Shown: piece after piece, positions 19,480-29,372 of the stretch
How the letters are laid out: each line of letters opens with the position of its first letter
Numbering within the stretch: the stretch's first letter is position 1
Assembly: GCA_965206645.1 (NCBI GenBank)
Contig: CBDBKE010000004.1
Span: 2,144,001-2,208,000, forward strand
Length of the DNA: 64,000 bases
From: Terriglobia bacterium
Lineage (GTDB): Bacteria; Acidobacteriota; Terriglobia; JAJPHL01; JAPKYU01
Reading direction: 5' to 3'
The notes under the pieces: model-generated
What the model was told of the DNA's origin: nothing
Seen by the model: the letters and a program-made list of their open reading frames with translations, nothing else
The model's database searches: none
Translations under genes and position numbers: made by a program

Positions 19480-20823
19480 TCACTGCAAGGCCGGGAGCTT
19501 CAGCCTCCCCAGCCGTTTTTGAAGCGGACCGCCGGAGAGCGACCGCATCATTTTGCGAGCCTCCGCGTACTGTTTCAACAGCCGGTTGACCTCCTGTACC
19601 GTAGTGCCGCTGCCCCGTGCGATGCGGCGGCGCCGGTGGCCGTTGATGATCTGATGGTTGGCACGCTCCCGGAGGGTCATGGAGTTGATGATGGCCTCCA
19701 GGCGCACCAGTTGTTTTTCTTCCACCTTCACCTGCTGCAACTGACGGAAGGGACCCACCTGCGGCAAATGCGACAGCACCTGCTCGAGCGGACCAAGCTT
19801 GCGCATCTGGCGGAGCTGCTCGCCGAAGTCCTCCAGTGTGAAGCTGGCCGTGCGCACTTTGCGCTCCAGCTCCAGGGCCTGCTTTTGGTCCAGCGTCTGC
19901 TCAACCTTCTCAATCAGCGACAGCACGTCGCCCATGCCTAGGATGCGCGACGCCACCCGTTCGGGCTGGAACAGCTCCAGTGCGTCGTACTTCTCGCCGA
20001 CCCCGACGAACTTCAGCGGCTGGCCGGTCACGGCTCGAATGGAAAGAGCCGCGCCGCCGCGGGCGTCCCCGTCCATTTTGGTCAGGATGACGCCGGTCAA
20101 GCCTAGCCGGCGGTGGAACTGGTCGGCGCTTGTGACCGCGTCCTGGCCGGTCATGGCGTCGGCAACGAACAGCACCTCGGCGGGCTCCAGACGCTGCCTG
20201 AGCTGCTGCATCTCCTGCATCAGTTCGTCGTCAATGTGCAGGCGCCCGGCGGTGTCCACGATCAGCACATCGCGGCCGCTGTGGGCGGCCTCGCGGCGTG
20301 CCAGGCGCGCCAGCTCCAGCGGCGATGCCTCCTCAGCCGGGCCATCGAACACCGGCAGCTCCACGGCCTCACCGATCACCCGTAACTGCTCGCGAGCCGC
20401 CGGCCGGTAGACGTCCACCGAGACCAGCAGGGGCCGGTGCCCGTGCTGGAACAACCACCGGGCCAGCTTGCCCGCGGTGGTCGTCTTGCCCGAGCCCTGC
20501 AAGCCGGCCAGCAAGATCACCGTGGGGGGCTGCGAGGCGAACCGCAGCGGGGCCGCCTGGCCTCCCAACGTCTCCACCAGCTCGTCGCGGACAATCTTGA
20601 CCACCTGCTGCGCTGGCGTCAGGCTGGTCAACACTTCCTGGCCGAGGGCTTTCTCCCGGATGCGATCAATGAGCTGCTTGGCCACCTTGTAGTGGACATC
20701 GGCCTCCAGTAGCGCCATCCGGATTTCCCGCAGCGCGTCCTGAATGTTGGCTTCGGTCAACTTCCCCTCGCCGCGCAGGGTCTTGAAGACGCGTTGCAGT
20801 TTTTCGGTCAGGTTCTCAAACAT
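19480..20823 (-). CDS. ffh: Signal recognition particle protein
   Basis: GLQGSGKTT, DTAGR, TKMDGDARGG, SRILGMGD and M-domain RIARGSG motifs. Confidence 0.97.
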   Translation of the reverse strand: MFENLTEKLQRVFKTLRGEGKLTEANIQDALREIRMALLEADVHYKVAKQLIDRIREKALGQEVLTSLTPAQQVVKIVRDELVETLGGQAAPLRFASQPPTVILLAGLQGSGKTTTAGKLARWLFQHGHRPLLVSVDVYRPAAREQLRVIGEAVELPVFDGPAEEASPLELARLARREAAHSGRDVLIVDTAGRLHIDDELMQEMQQLRQRLEPAEVLFVADAMTGQDAVTSADQFHRRLGLTGVILTKMDGDARGGAALSIRAVTGQPLKFVGVGEKYDALELFQPERVASRILGMGDVLSLIEKVEQTLDQKQALELERKVRTASFTLEDFGEQLRQMRKLGPLEQVLSHLPQVGPFRQLQQVKVEEKQLVRLEAIINSMTLRERANHQIINGHRRRRIARGSGTTVQEVNRLLKQYAEARKMMRSLSGGPLQKRLGRLKLPALQ

Positions 20824-21078
20824 GAATGCGAGTCCTTCGCCTGGTCAGGGGACTCAAGCCCTCGGGACACACCTCCCCTCGGCAGCCAAACGACCCATTC
20901 TATCATGCGATAGCAGAACCGGGCACGCGCAGCAGAACCGGGGAAACGCGAGGCCGGGGGGTTGTCATCTAACTCGCGTGGTTCGCGATAGAGGGCACTA
21001 CTGCACGCCGAGGGTGACGGTGTTGTCCGGCACAGCGTTGTTGCTGATTTCCGGGTCGCGGGTCAACCGGGGGACTAA

Positions 21079-22290
21079 CTAAGTCGGTGGGGACAAAAAC
21101 ACCGGGACCTCGACGGTGTTGCTCGGTACACCGTTGTTGATGATTTCTAGATTAGTCGGCGGGGTTACACCCTCCGGCTGCTCAGTCGGCGGGGTTATTC
21201 CCGGGGGTACCTCGACGTTCACTTGGTACAGGCCCACGAATCCTGGGGCCAAGCCGGAGAAGACTACCTCAGCGGGAATGCCGCCGATGTTCACCATCGG
21301 CAGGCTAACGGTTAGTGCCAGTCCCGCCGTAGGGTTGTCTACGGTAGGGTTGTCTACGCCGGGGGCAACATTGCCGGATGGCACTTCCGGCAGCACCGGA
21401 CCGAGCCCCGTGCAAAAGATCAGCAGGAACTCGCCCGGCTGTGCCGGGTTGCTCTCGGTGACGGGCTGGAAATCTGCCGCGTGGAGGATCGCCCCGAGGC
21501 CGGTGCCCTGCTGGTTCTGCGTAAAAATGCCCGACGATACGGCCGCAATCGCGACCGGCTGCGCCGTGCTGGTTTCACCGCCCCGCGTCACCTGCACCGT
21601 GATCAAACCCGCTCCGGCCACCAGCTCAAACGGGACCTGCGCATTGATCTGCGTGCCAGAGACGAAAAACAGCGGGGCCGCAATGCCGTTGAAGGTCACG
21701 CTGGCCTCTCCCAGCATGGTGGGTAGAGGCACCTCCGACGCTATCTGGGTGTCGCTGGCCAGGTCCGTCCCAAAGATGGCCACGATTGCACCGGGAGCGA
21801 TAAAGGATTTGGGCTCCGTCCCCGGCCGGAAGCTGGCACCGTTGACCACCGAGTCGGGCGGCAGGATCGGAGGAGTCGTCGACTCGCACAATGTAACCGC
21901 GACCGAAATAAAAAACGTCTCGCCGCTGTCGCCAGTGCCGATGACGCGTGCCTCACTGACCCCAGGCCCCGGCAAGAGCCCGTAAATAATTGTCACGGTG
22001 AAAAACGCCTCCCCCGGCAAAAACGTCGCTGAGGGGGGAACACTGAGCCAGCCTGTTCCGTTCATGAAATCGACCGAGAGAGTAAACAGGACGCTTCCCA
22101 GTCTTTCGCAGGCCTCGGTTGTCTCGTCCACCATCACAACATGCTGTGAGGGCGCAGCTCCCGAGCTGGCCGAAACAGCCAGGACCCGTGGAGACACGCA
22201 CATGCTAAGGTCTTGCCCGAACGCAGGTCTCGCAAAGATCAATGTCAGACAGCAGAACCCCCAAAATACCAACCGCCGAATGGACATCAT
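21079..22290 (-). CDS. Secreted protein with a Solibacter-type (TIGR03437-like) C-terminal domain
   Basis: Signal peptide; VVNGASF, APGAIVAIFG, PLFFVSGTQINAQVP, IFCTGLG and GLAPGFVGLYQVN motifs typical of Acidobacteria. Confidence 0.85.
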   Translation of the reverse strand: MMSIRRLVFWGFCCLTLIFARPAFGQDLSMCVSPRVLAVSASSGAAPSQHVVMVDETTEACERLGSVLFTLSVDFMNGTGWLSVPPSATFLPGEAFFTVTIIYGLLPGPGVSEARVIGTGDSGETFFISVAVTLCESTTPPILPPDSVVNGASFRPGTEPKSFIAPGAIVAIFGTDLASDTQIASEVPLPTMLGEASVTFNGIAAPLFFVSGTQINAQVPFELVAGAGLITVQVTRGGETSTAQPVAIAAVSSGIFTQNQQGTGLGAILHAADFQPVTESNPAQPGEFLLIFCTGLGPVLPEVPSGNVAPGVDNPTVDNPTAGLALTVSLPMVNIGGIPAEVVFSGLAPGFVGLYQVNVEVPPGITPPTEQPEGVTPPTNLEIINNGVPSNTVEVPVFLSPPT

Positions 22291-22455
22291 ATTCTCCGCC
22301 TGAGTCCCAACACGTTTCCCAGCACCCTTTCGCTTACCTTCTGCCGCTGGAAGAGTGTGCTTGCCGTGTCCGGGGTAGCCTTGGCGGGGCCGCCACGTCA
22401 GGATTTACCTCAACAGAAGAAGATGAAGGTGTGGGCGCAGCAGCGCTTGCGCCCT

Positions 22456-23961
22456 TTAACCACCGACATTGATCCACACGGACTTCACCTGGGTGTAAAG
22501 ATCCAGCGCGTGGACTCCTGATTCGCGGCCGTACCCGCTCATCTTGTACCCGCCGAACGGCATGGCGGCATCGAAAACATTGTAGCAATTCACCCAAACG
22601 ACTCCGGCTTGCAAGGCCTTGGCGATGCTGTGAGCCTTTTGTATATCCCGTGTCCAAACACCGCCGGCCAGTCCATAGAAGGTATTGTTGCTCAGCTTCA
22701 CTACCTCATCTAAGTCCTGGAACGGGATCGCAGTCAGGACAGGCCCGAAGATTTCCTCCTGAGCGATGCGCATGTCTGCCCGCACGCCGTCGAACACCGT
22801 GGGCTTAACGAAGTACCCTTTTGCCAGATCTCCCGTGGTCAAGCGCTCGCCGCCGACGACGGGCTTGGCTCCTTCCTCCTTCCCAATTCGGAGGTACCCG
22901 GTCACGCGGTCGAGCTGCTCCTGCGAGACGAGCGGCCCCATCTGGGTCTCGGGATCGAGGTTGTTTCCGACCTTGATCGTCGACGCAAATTGGGCCACCT
23001 GAGAGACGAATTTGTCGTAGATCTTCTTTTCGACGAAAAGCCTTGACCCCGCACAGCAAACCTGCCCCGAGAGTCGGAAGATGGCCCAGGCTGCTCCCGA
23101 AACCGCTTGCTCGAAGTCGGCGTCCGCGAAAACGATATCCGGAGACTTCCCACCCAATTCCAGAGAAACTCGCTTGAGGTTTCCTGCGGAGGCCTTGACA
23201 ATGCTTTGTCCGGTTAAGTACTCACCGGTGAAGGCGATCTTATTGACGTCGCGGTGCTCTGCCAGGGCAGCCCCGGCAGTTGGACCGAATCCCGGGCAGA
23301 TGTTCACCACACCGGGGGGAATCCCGGCTTCCAGGATCAGCTCACCCAGGCGAAGCGCGCTTAGAGGCGTCTGCTCGGCCGGTTTCAACACCAGCGTACA
23401 CCCGGTCGCCAGCGCCGGCGCCACCTTCCACATCGAGGTGACCAGCGGACCGTTCCAGGGAACAATCGCTCCCACCACGCCGACGGGCTCGCGCAGTGTG
23501 TAGGTGAAGTAATTACCAGGTGCCGAGTTTGGGATTGTTTCCCCATGAATCTTGGTCGCCCATCCCGCGTAGTAGCGGCACACCGCAGCGACCCGAGGGA
23601 TCATCCCCGTTCGGGCCATGGTGATCGGCATCCCGTTGTCCAATACCTCAAGGAAGGCCAGTTCGTCTCCGTTGGCTTCGATCAGGTCCGCCAGTCGTAG
23701 CAGGAGGCGCTGGCGCTCCACAGGTTTGACCTTCGCCCAGTCGCCTTCGAATGCCCTGCGCGCCGCTTTCACCGCCCGGTCAATATCTTCCCGGTCGGCT
23801 TCTGCCACTCGGGCGTGGACCTCTCCGGTGGTTGGGTTCAGCGTTTCGAAGGTTTTTCCAGAAGCGGCCTCAACCCATTTCCCGTCAATCAACATTCGCT
23901 TGGGTTGAGTCGCAAGGAAAGATTGCACTGCCGGATGAATTTGTTGCGTAACTGTTGCCAT
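22456..23961 (-). CDS. NAD(P)-dependent aldehyde dehydrogenase
   Basis: PWNGP, KPAEQTP, LELGGKSP, GQVCCAG, EEIFGPV and PFGGYKMSG motifs. Confidence 0.95.
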   Translation of the reverse strand: MATVTQQIHPAVQSFLATQPKRMLIDGKWVEAASGKTFETLNPTTGEVHARVAEADREDIDRAVKAARRAFEGDWAKVKPVERQRLLLRLADLIEANGDELAFLEVLDNGMPITMARTGMIPRVAAVCRYYAGWATKIHGETIPNSAPGNYFTYTLREPVGVVGAIVPWNGPLVTSMWKVAPALATGCTLVLKPAEQTPLSALRLGELILEAGIPPGVVNICPGFGPTAGAALAEHRDVNKIAFTGEYLTGQSIVKASAGNLKRVSLELGGKSPDIVFADADFEQAVSGAAWAIFRLSGQVCCAGSRLFVEKKIYDKFVSQVAQFASTIKVGNNLDPETQMGPLVSQEQLDRVTGYLRIGKEEGAKPVVGGERLTTGDLAKGYFVKPTVFDGVRADMRIAQEEIFGPVLTAIPFQDLDEVVKLSNNTFYGLAGGVWTRDIQKAHSIAKALQAGVVWVNCYNVFDAAMPFGGYKMSGYGRESGVHALDLYTQVKSVWINVGG

Positions 23962-24143
23962 GCTGTAGCTCCTTTCTATGGATGACAGGCGTTATCTCCG
24001 AATCTGCCGTCGGGGACTAGGCCAAATCATATTCCACCGGAGAAGACCTTGCGGCCAGCGTTTTGCTGCCCGGTCTGTCGGTGCCGGGACGTTGCAAACT
24101 GGTTTATCGACCCTGGGCCAGTTTATCGACTCTGGGGATGCTG

Positions 24144-24680
24144 CTACCCGGCCAGCTTCCCAGCCACGCCCAGCGCCGCTTCAAAATTCGGAAGCGTGCT
24201 GAGCTCCTTGACGTACTCGACGTGGCGCACCGTATCGTCCTTATCGAGGACGAAGATGGCGCGGGCATCGAGCCGCAGTTCCTTGACCAGGGTCCCGTAG
24301 GCATGGCCGAAGGAGGCGTCGTGGTGGTCCGACAGGGTGCGCAGGTTGCTGACGCCGGCGGCGCCGCACCAGCGCTTCTGGGCAAACGGCAGGTCCATGC
24401 TAATGGTCAGGATCTCCGCGTTCGGCAGCTTGGCTGCTTCTTCGTTGAACCGGCGCGTCTGCTGGTCGCACACCGGCGTGTCCAGCGAGGGCACCACGCT
24501 CAGGATGCGCACTTTGCCCGAGGTATCTTTCAGACTGACGGGCTTCAGGTCGTTGTCCAGCACGGTGAAACCCGGTGCGCGGTCGCCCACCCGGATTTCA
24601 GCCCCGACCAGAGTAAAGGGGTTGTTGAACAAGGTCACCGCGCCGGCTCGTTCCACCGGCGACGCCTTGGCTCCTGCCAT
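24144..24680 (-). CDS. tpx: Thiol peroxidase (atypical 2-Cys peroxiredoxin)
   Basis: VPSLDTPVC and SMDLPFAQKRWC motifs; GGAGG RBS. Confidence 0.93.
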   Translation of the reverse strand: MAGAKASPVERAGAVTLFNNPFTLVGAEIRVGDRAPGFTVLDNDLKPVSLKDTSGKVRILSVVPSLDTPVCDQQTRRFNEEAAKLPNAEILTISMDLPFAQKRWCGAAGVSNLRTLSDHHDASFGHAYGTLVKELRLDARAIFVLDKDDTVRHVEYVKELSTLPNFEAALGVAGKLAG

Positions 24681-24783
24681 GAATTTCACCTCCACCTGAA
24701 AATTTCCTGCTGCGAACCGAACGATTATACACGTGAACCCACAGTGGCCGGACTAGCTCCCGGGCGGAATTCGTGAGGCTTAC

Positions 24784-25920
24784 TCAACGATCTAGGCCTG
24801 GAGTCGGCTCCTCCGGTGGGCCAATCATGGGCGGCATCTCGCCGGTCAGCGATTCCAGAAACGCCACCAGATCGGCGCGTTCCCGGCCGCTGAGGAAGTC
24901 CAGCTCTCGAATTTCCTTGTCGAGGTGCGGGTTGGAGTTGCCACCTCCCACGTAGAGGTCCACGACTTCTTTCAGCGTCTTCAGGCTGCCGTCGTGCATG
25001 TAGGGAGCTGTCTGTGCGATGTTACGGAGCGAAGGGGTCTTAAAGGCGCCCCGGTCGGCTTCATTCTTGGTGACGTCGAAGCGCCCTTGGTCGGTCAACT
25101 CCGGGACTCCACCGAGTACCAGCTTCACGCCCACCCCGATGTTGTGAAACTCATTGTCCGTAAACAGGGCATGTTGCTCACCAATCGTGTGGCACTCAGC
25201 GCAGTCGCCTTTCTCGGAGTCGCGAAACACGTCCAGCCCACGCTGTGCGGCTTTGCTGAGTGCTGATTTGTCGCCGCCATAAAAGTGCCGGTCAAAAGGC
25301 GAATTGCCGCTGACGACCGTGCGCTCAAAGGAAGCGATGGCCTTCCCCACCTTCTCGTAGGTGATCGGCCCCGGGCCAAAGGCCTTTTCGAAGGCAGCCC
25401 CGTAGCTGGCGTCAGCCGTTAGCTTTTTCTCCACTCCCTCCAGAGTGTGGGCCATCTCGACCGAGTTCTCCACCGGACCAGCGGCCTGCTTCTCTAGACT
25501 CGGCGCGCGCCCATCCCAGAATTGCGTCGTGTAGTAGGCGGCGTTGAAGACGGTGGGCGCATTGCGCCCGCCCTTCTGGCCCCCTACCCCCTCGGAAAAC
25601 TGCTTCCCATCGGTGAAGCCAAAGTCGGGGTGATGGCAGGTAGCGCAAGCCACCGTGTTGTCCACCGAGAGGATGGGATCGTAGTAGAGCAGACGCCCCA
25701 ATGCGACGGTTTCCGCAGTGGGAGGATTGTCGGCCGGAATCGGGACCGGGGGTAGTCCCAGCGGGGCTTGCACCTCGATGGGAGTCCCGCGAGGCATCGC
25801 TGCTGGAGGTGCCTTGGCCGGCGTCGCTGGCCCCGGCTTCCGAGCGCGGTATAGCAACACTCCGACTACGATCAGCACAACACCAAGAACCATCAACATG
25901 AGCGTTCTTAGGGAACCCAT
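24784..25920 (-). CDS. Di-haem cytochrome c peroxidase (CCP/MauG family)
   Basis: Two CxxCH motifs (CATCH, CAECH); RNAPT, QFWDGRA and FKTPSLRN..APYMHDG; N-terminal TM helix. Confidence 0.92.
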   Translation of the reverse strand: MGSLRTLMLMVLGVVLIVVGVLLYRARKPGPATPAKAPPAAMPRGTPIEVQAPLGLPPVPIPADNPPTAETVALGRLLYYDPILSVDNTVACATCHHPDFGFTDGKQFSEGVGGQKGGRNAPTVFNAAYYTTQFWDGRAPSLEKQAAGPVENSVEMAHTLEGVEKKLTADASYGAAFEKAFGPGPITYEKVGKAIASFERTVVSGNSPFDRHFYGGDKSALSKAAQRGLDVFRDSEKGDCAECHTIGEQHALFTDNEFHNIGVGVKLVLGGVPELTDQGRFDVTKNEADRGAFKTPSLRNIAQTAPYMHDGSLKTLKEVVDLYVGGGNSNPHLDKEIRELDFLSGRERADLVAFLESLTGEMPPMIGPPEEPTPGLDR

Positions 25921-26044
25921 CACCGCCTCCTTCCACTAGTCTACCTCTGGTCTGCCTCCATTCCAGGGCTGAGTTCAGAGGCCTTGCCCGGTAGTCATCC
26001 CCGAGCTGAAAAATCGCTGCCAGGTGGAATAGACCGCATCCGGC

Positions 26045-26773
26045 CTAGCTGCGCAAGTGCTTTTCCCAACCGGGAACCTCAAGCGAGGTGAAGGCGTAGA
26101 GCGGGAACAGGCGCTGGAACGCCTGCTCGATCTGGCGCGCCAGGCTGGCGCTGCCCAGGCCCGGATGGGAAGGCTTGAAGACTTTGCGCACTACCCAACC
26201 ATCCAGGCGCAACCACTCGGCGCCGGAGCGGGGCAGGCCGCTGGTCTTGACCCGCTGCTTCTTTTCGCTGCGGTACCAGTAGCAGTCGTAACCATGGCGC
26301 ACAACGTGGCGGGCCAGCCACCGCTCCAGCCGCTGCTGGCGGGTTTCGAGGCGCGGGCGAAACACGCGGACCAGCGTGCCGGTTTTGCTCTGGGCATAAA
26401 TGGAGAAGACCAAGGTAAGGCTCTCGCCGCTGATCCCCACGTAGAGGCGGCCGTCGGAGGGGCGGTCGCGCCGCCGGTCGTAAAAGTACAGGTAGTAGTT
26501 GGTGTGGTAGGGGCTCCGGTCGGGCCAAAAGCGGATGTCGCGGTTGATGCGGGAGAAATTTCCGTTTGTCTTACCCGCCGTGTCAAAGTAAGGGTTTAGG
26601 CGAAGCACGGCGGGTTCCAGTCGGGCCAACAGCGCCCGAAAGGTGGCGACCAGCAACTCGTAGCGCTTCCGGCTCTGGTCAAACCATTCCTTCCGGTTGT
26701 GGCGGGCCAGCTCGCGAAAGAAAGCAAAGTGCTCGCGCGAGAAGCCACTGAAGGCAACCTGTTTCGCCTGCAT
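26045..26773 (-). CDS. DUF2461 family protein
   Basis: FSGF..FFRELARHNRKEWF and RINRDIRF..D.SPY motifs. Confidence 0.8.
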   Translation of the reverse strand: MQAKQVAFSGFSREHFAFFRELARHNRKEWFDQSRKRYELLVATFRALLARLEPAVLRLNPYFDTAGKTNGNFSRINRDIRFWPDRSPYHTNYYLYFYDRRRDRPSDGRLYVGISGESLTLVFSIYAQSKTGTLVRVFRPRLETRQQRLERWLARHVVRHGYDCYWYRSEKKQRVKTSGLPRSGAEWLRLDGWVVRKVFKPSHPGLGSASLARQIEQAFQRLFPLYAFTSLEVPGWEKHLRS

Positions 26774-26883
26774 GGGCCGATTCTAACATGCCGCGCACCG
26801 GCGGCGTTTCGACGGCAGGTCCGGACGAGGTGCTCTGGAGAAAAATGGCCCTGCTCCAGTGAAACAGCACTAGACTGGGAGTG

Positions 26884-27228
26884 ATGCCGGAGTGCCTATT
26901 CTGCCAGATTGTGCGCCGGGAGCGCCCCTCGCGCATTGTGTTTGAAGACGACAGTGTGGTGGCCTTCGAGGACGTTCGCCCGCAGGCCCCCACCCACCTG
27001 CTGGTAATCCCTCGCAAGCACATCGCTGGACTGGACGAGGCAGAGGCCGAAGACGAGTTGCTGCTGGGCCGGCTCCAGCGGGTCGCGGCCCAACTAGCGG
27101 TCGAGCGCAACATCCACCGCACCGGCTACCGCACCGTGCTCAACGTCGGCTCGAACGCCGGCCAGAGCGTTTTCCATCTGCACCTGCACCTGCTGGGCGG
27201 GCGCCCTATGCACTGGCCTCCAGGATAA
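26884..27228 (+). CDS. Histidine triad (HIT/HinT) nucleotide-binding protein
   Basis: CLFCQI, PQAPTHLLVIP, GQSVFHLHLHLLGG and WPPG motifs. Confidence 0.95.
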   Translation: MPECLFCQIVRRERPSRIVFEDDSVVAFEDVRPQAPTHLLVIPRKHIAGLDEAEAEDELLLGRLQRVAAQLAVERNIHRTGYRTVLNVGSNAGQSVFHLHLHLLGGRPMHWPPG

Positions 27229-27256
27229 CCTCGTAGGTGTTATCCTCTTCGAACTG

Positions 27257-27964
27257 ATGCCCGAATCCCATAACGCAAAAGAAGCAGAACCTGGGCGCAC
27301 CCGGCCCGAGGCCGGCAAACCCGAGGGCGCCCCAGCTCAGGCGCCGCAGCCCGAAGCCGCTGCGAAGTCGGAGAAGCCAAGACCGCAGGTACCAGCAGGC
27401 GCCGTGAGCCCTGCCCAGCCGGTCAAGCCTGCTGTTGGGAAAAAGCACGAAGCGAAATCGCTCAAGCCTCAGACCCCCACCCCCGGTGCGCTAGTGGTGG
27501 AGGAATCGGTGGAGATTGCCGCCCCTCCCGAAAAGGTGTGGAAAATCTTTACCGAGGAGCAGAACTGGCCGAAATGGAATCCAGTGACCAAGCGGGCCAG
27601 CCATCTGAGCGGCTCTCGGTGGAGGCTGGGATGGCAGTTTGAGTTGGTGTTGCGGAATCGGCCGTTCCCTTCCTTGAAAGTCCGACCGATCGTGTTGGAG
27701 GTAAACGTGCCACTGCTGGTGCGTTGGTTCGAGGCGGTGCCGGGCCTCAGCGCGATGCACTGGTTCCTGTTCGAGAAGACCGAGACGGGCACGCGCGTGA
27801 CCAGCTACGAGGAGTTCACCGGAACGCTGACACCGCTGCTGAGGCTGTTCAGTGGCTTGATCTTCCGCATGGTCCGCCTCTGGTTGCAAGCTTTGAAACA
27901 AGAGTGCGAGAAGACGGCCCCATCGGCTGCGGGCTCCCGGCTGCCGGTGCTAGGGGCAAAATAG
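27257..27964 (+). CDS. SRPBCC/START-like protein with a Pro/Ala/Lys-rich N-terminal extension
   Basis: VEIAAPPEKVW..WPKWNP and TRVTSYEEF motifs. Confidence 0.8.
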   Translation: MPESHNAKEAEPGRTRPEAGKPEGAPAQAPQPEAAAKSEKPRPQVPAGAVSPAQPVKPAVGKKHEAKSLKPQTPTPGALVVEESVEIAAPPEKVWKIFTEEQNWPKWNPVTKRASHLSGSRWRLGWQFELVLRNRPFPSLKVRPIVLEVNVPLLVRWFEAVPGLSAMHWFLFEKTETGTRVTSYEEFTGTLTPLLRLFSGLIFRMVRLWLQALKQECEKTAPSAAGSRLPVLGAK

Positions 27965-28026
27965 CCGCGCGCTGGGTGTACGAAGCCAGGCCCACTCTCT
28001 AAACCTGAGTTCTCAAAGAGCATACT

Positions 28027-28075
28027 CCTGTCATTCCGAGCCAGGCCCCCTGTCATTCCAAACGAAGCGAGGAAT
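28027..28075. repeat. GTCATTCC-type REP-like remnant
   Basis: CCTGTCATTCC at 28027 and 28049; the second copy continues AAACGAAGCGAGGAAT (short ATTCC...GGAAT palindrome). Lies between convergent genes. Confidence 0.55.
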
Positions 28076-28115
28076 GTGCTTTTCGCTTGCCATGCAGGTT
28101 CTCCCGCTGGTCGCC

Positions 28116-28835
28116 TCAACCGCCGTCGAGTATGCGACGCCGCGTCGGATGGGGCAGCTTTTCGCAGGCAATGCGAAGGAGGAGGCGCGGCGCCCGCTGC
28201 CGGACACGCTGCAAGTAGGACACCACGGGCTGGCGTCTCACCTGGCTAGCTTCCTTCAGCAGCCAGCCAACGGCCTTTTGCACCATGTCGTCGTCATCCT
28301 GCAGAAGTCGATCGGACAAGCGCAAAGTCTGCTTTGTATACATGCCCCGCCGGGCAGCGAGGACCAGGGAGACAGCCGCCGCACGACGGTGCCAACGATT
28401 CTTTGACTTTGCCCAGCGAAAGACGCTGCCGAGTCGCGCAGAGTCGGCCGCAATCATCCGACCTAGCAGCGCGGTGCAGAACACGTCACAGGCGGCCCAA
28501 TTGCGGATGTGCGGCAGCCAGCGCTCCAAGCGCCGAAACTCGGCCGAGCCAAATTGGTGCACCGACGGTTGCAGCAAAGCCACTCCCAGAACTGCCTCTT
28601 CCAGCGTGGGTCCGGCGAACAGTTTTCCATCTACGTCCAGCAGCAGGTCGGAATCGCCCGTGGCCAATATCTCCCGCCGCAGCCTCCCCGCCAGTTTTCT
28701 GACTTCAGCCGTGCGCCAGCCATGGGCCCGCACCGGCTCCTTGAAAAACCGCTGCATCTGTTGCGCAAAGGCCGGCGACGCCTTGCTCCGAAGCTCACGG
28801 CGCGTGGCGCGAACCAACTGTTCTGCCCGTTTCAT
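28116..28835 (-). CDS. DNA alkylation repair protein (AlkD-like HEAT repeat)
   Basis: NWAACD, WAKSKNRWHRRAA and DDDMVQKAVGWLLKE motifs. Start is 28835 or 28847. Confidence 0.88.
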   Translation of the reverse strand: MKRAEQLVRATRRELRSKASPAFAQQMQRFFKEPVRAHGWRTAEVRKLAGRLRREILATGDSDLLLDVDGKLFAGPTLEEAVLGVALLQPSVHQFGSAEFRRLERWLPHIRNWAACDVFCTALLGRMIAADSARLGSVFRWAKSKNRWHRRAAAVSLVLAARRGMYTKQTLRLSDRLLQDDDDMVQKAVGWLLKEASQVRRQPVVSYLQRVRQRAPRLLLRIACEKLPHPTRRRILDGG

Positions 28836-28937
28836 GAGCAATCTCATGGGCAACCTTATGCCATGGAGGCCCAGATCTGGCAAGCGAACATAATTCCGTT
28901 TCGGGACTCCTCCGGCTAGCCGCGTTACAATCAAACT

Positions 28938-29372
28938 GTGACGGCCCGGTACGAGATCCTGGAGCATCCAGCCGACGTTGGGCTGCTGGCCCGCGGGGCT
29001 TCGCTGGCTGAGATGTTCGAGAACGCAGCAGCAGGAATGATGGAGATTGCCGTCGAGCCGGCCGGCGTCGCTGAGCGCGAACAGAAGCGCATCGTGGCCG
29101 AAGCCCTGGACCGCGAGGCGCTGCTGGTAAATTTCCTCCAAGAGGTACTGTGGTTGGTGGATGGCGAAGGCTGGCTAGCCCGCCGCGTGGCGGTCACCCA
29201 AATCAGCGACACCCGCGTCTCGGCGACTGCCTTCGGCGAGCCGCGCAACGCGGCTCGCCACGCCATGCGGCTGATCATTAAGGCCGTCACCTATCACCAG
29301 CTTTCAGTGCGCCAGCAGTCCGAAGGCCAGCAGTCGGAAAGATGGAGGGTGGAGGTCTACTTCGACATATGA
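28938..29372 (+). CDS. Archease
   Basis: YEILEHPADVG, IKAVTYH and FDI motifs; overlaps the rtcB start (ATGA). Confidence 0.93.
   Translation: MTARYEILEHPADVGLLARGASLAEMFENAAAGMMEIAVEPAGVAEREQKRIVAEALDREALLVNFLQEVLWLVDGEGWLARRVAVTQISDTRVSATAFGEPRNAARHAMRLIIKAVTYHQLSVRQQSEGQQSERWRVEVYFDI

Noticed and set aside
28836-29141. Long N-terminal extension of the AlkD-like ORF
   Set aside because: It is antisense to archease and its promoter; the recognisable domain starts near 28835.
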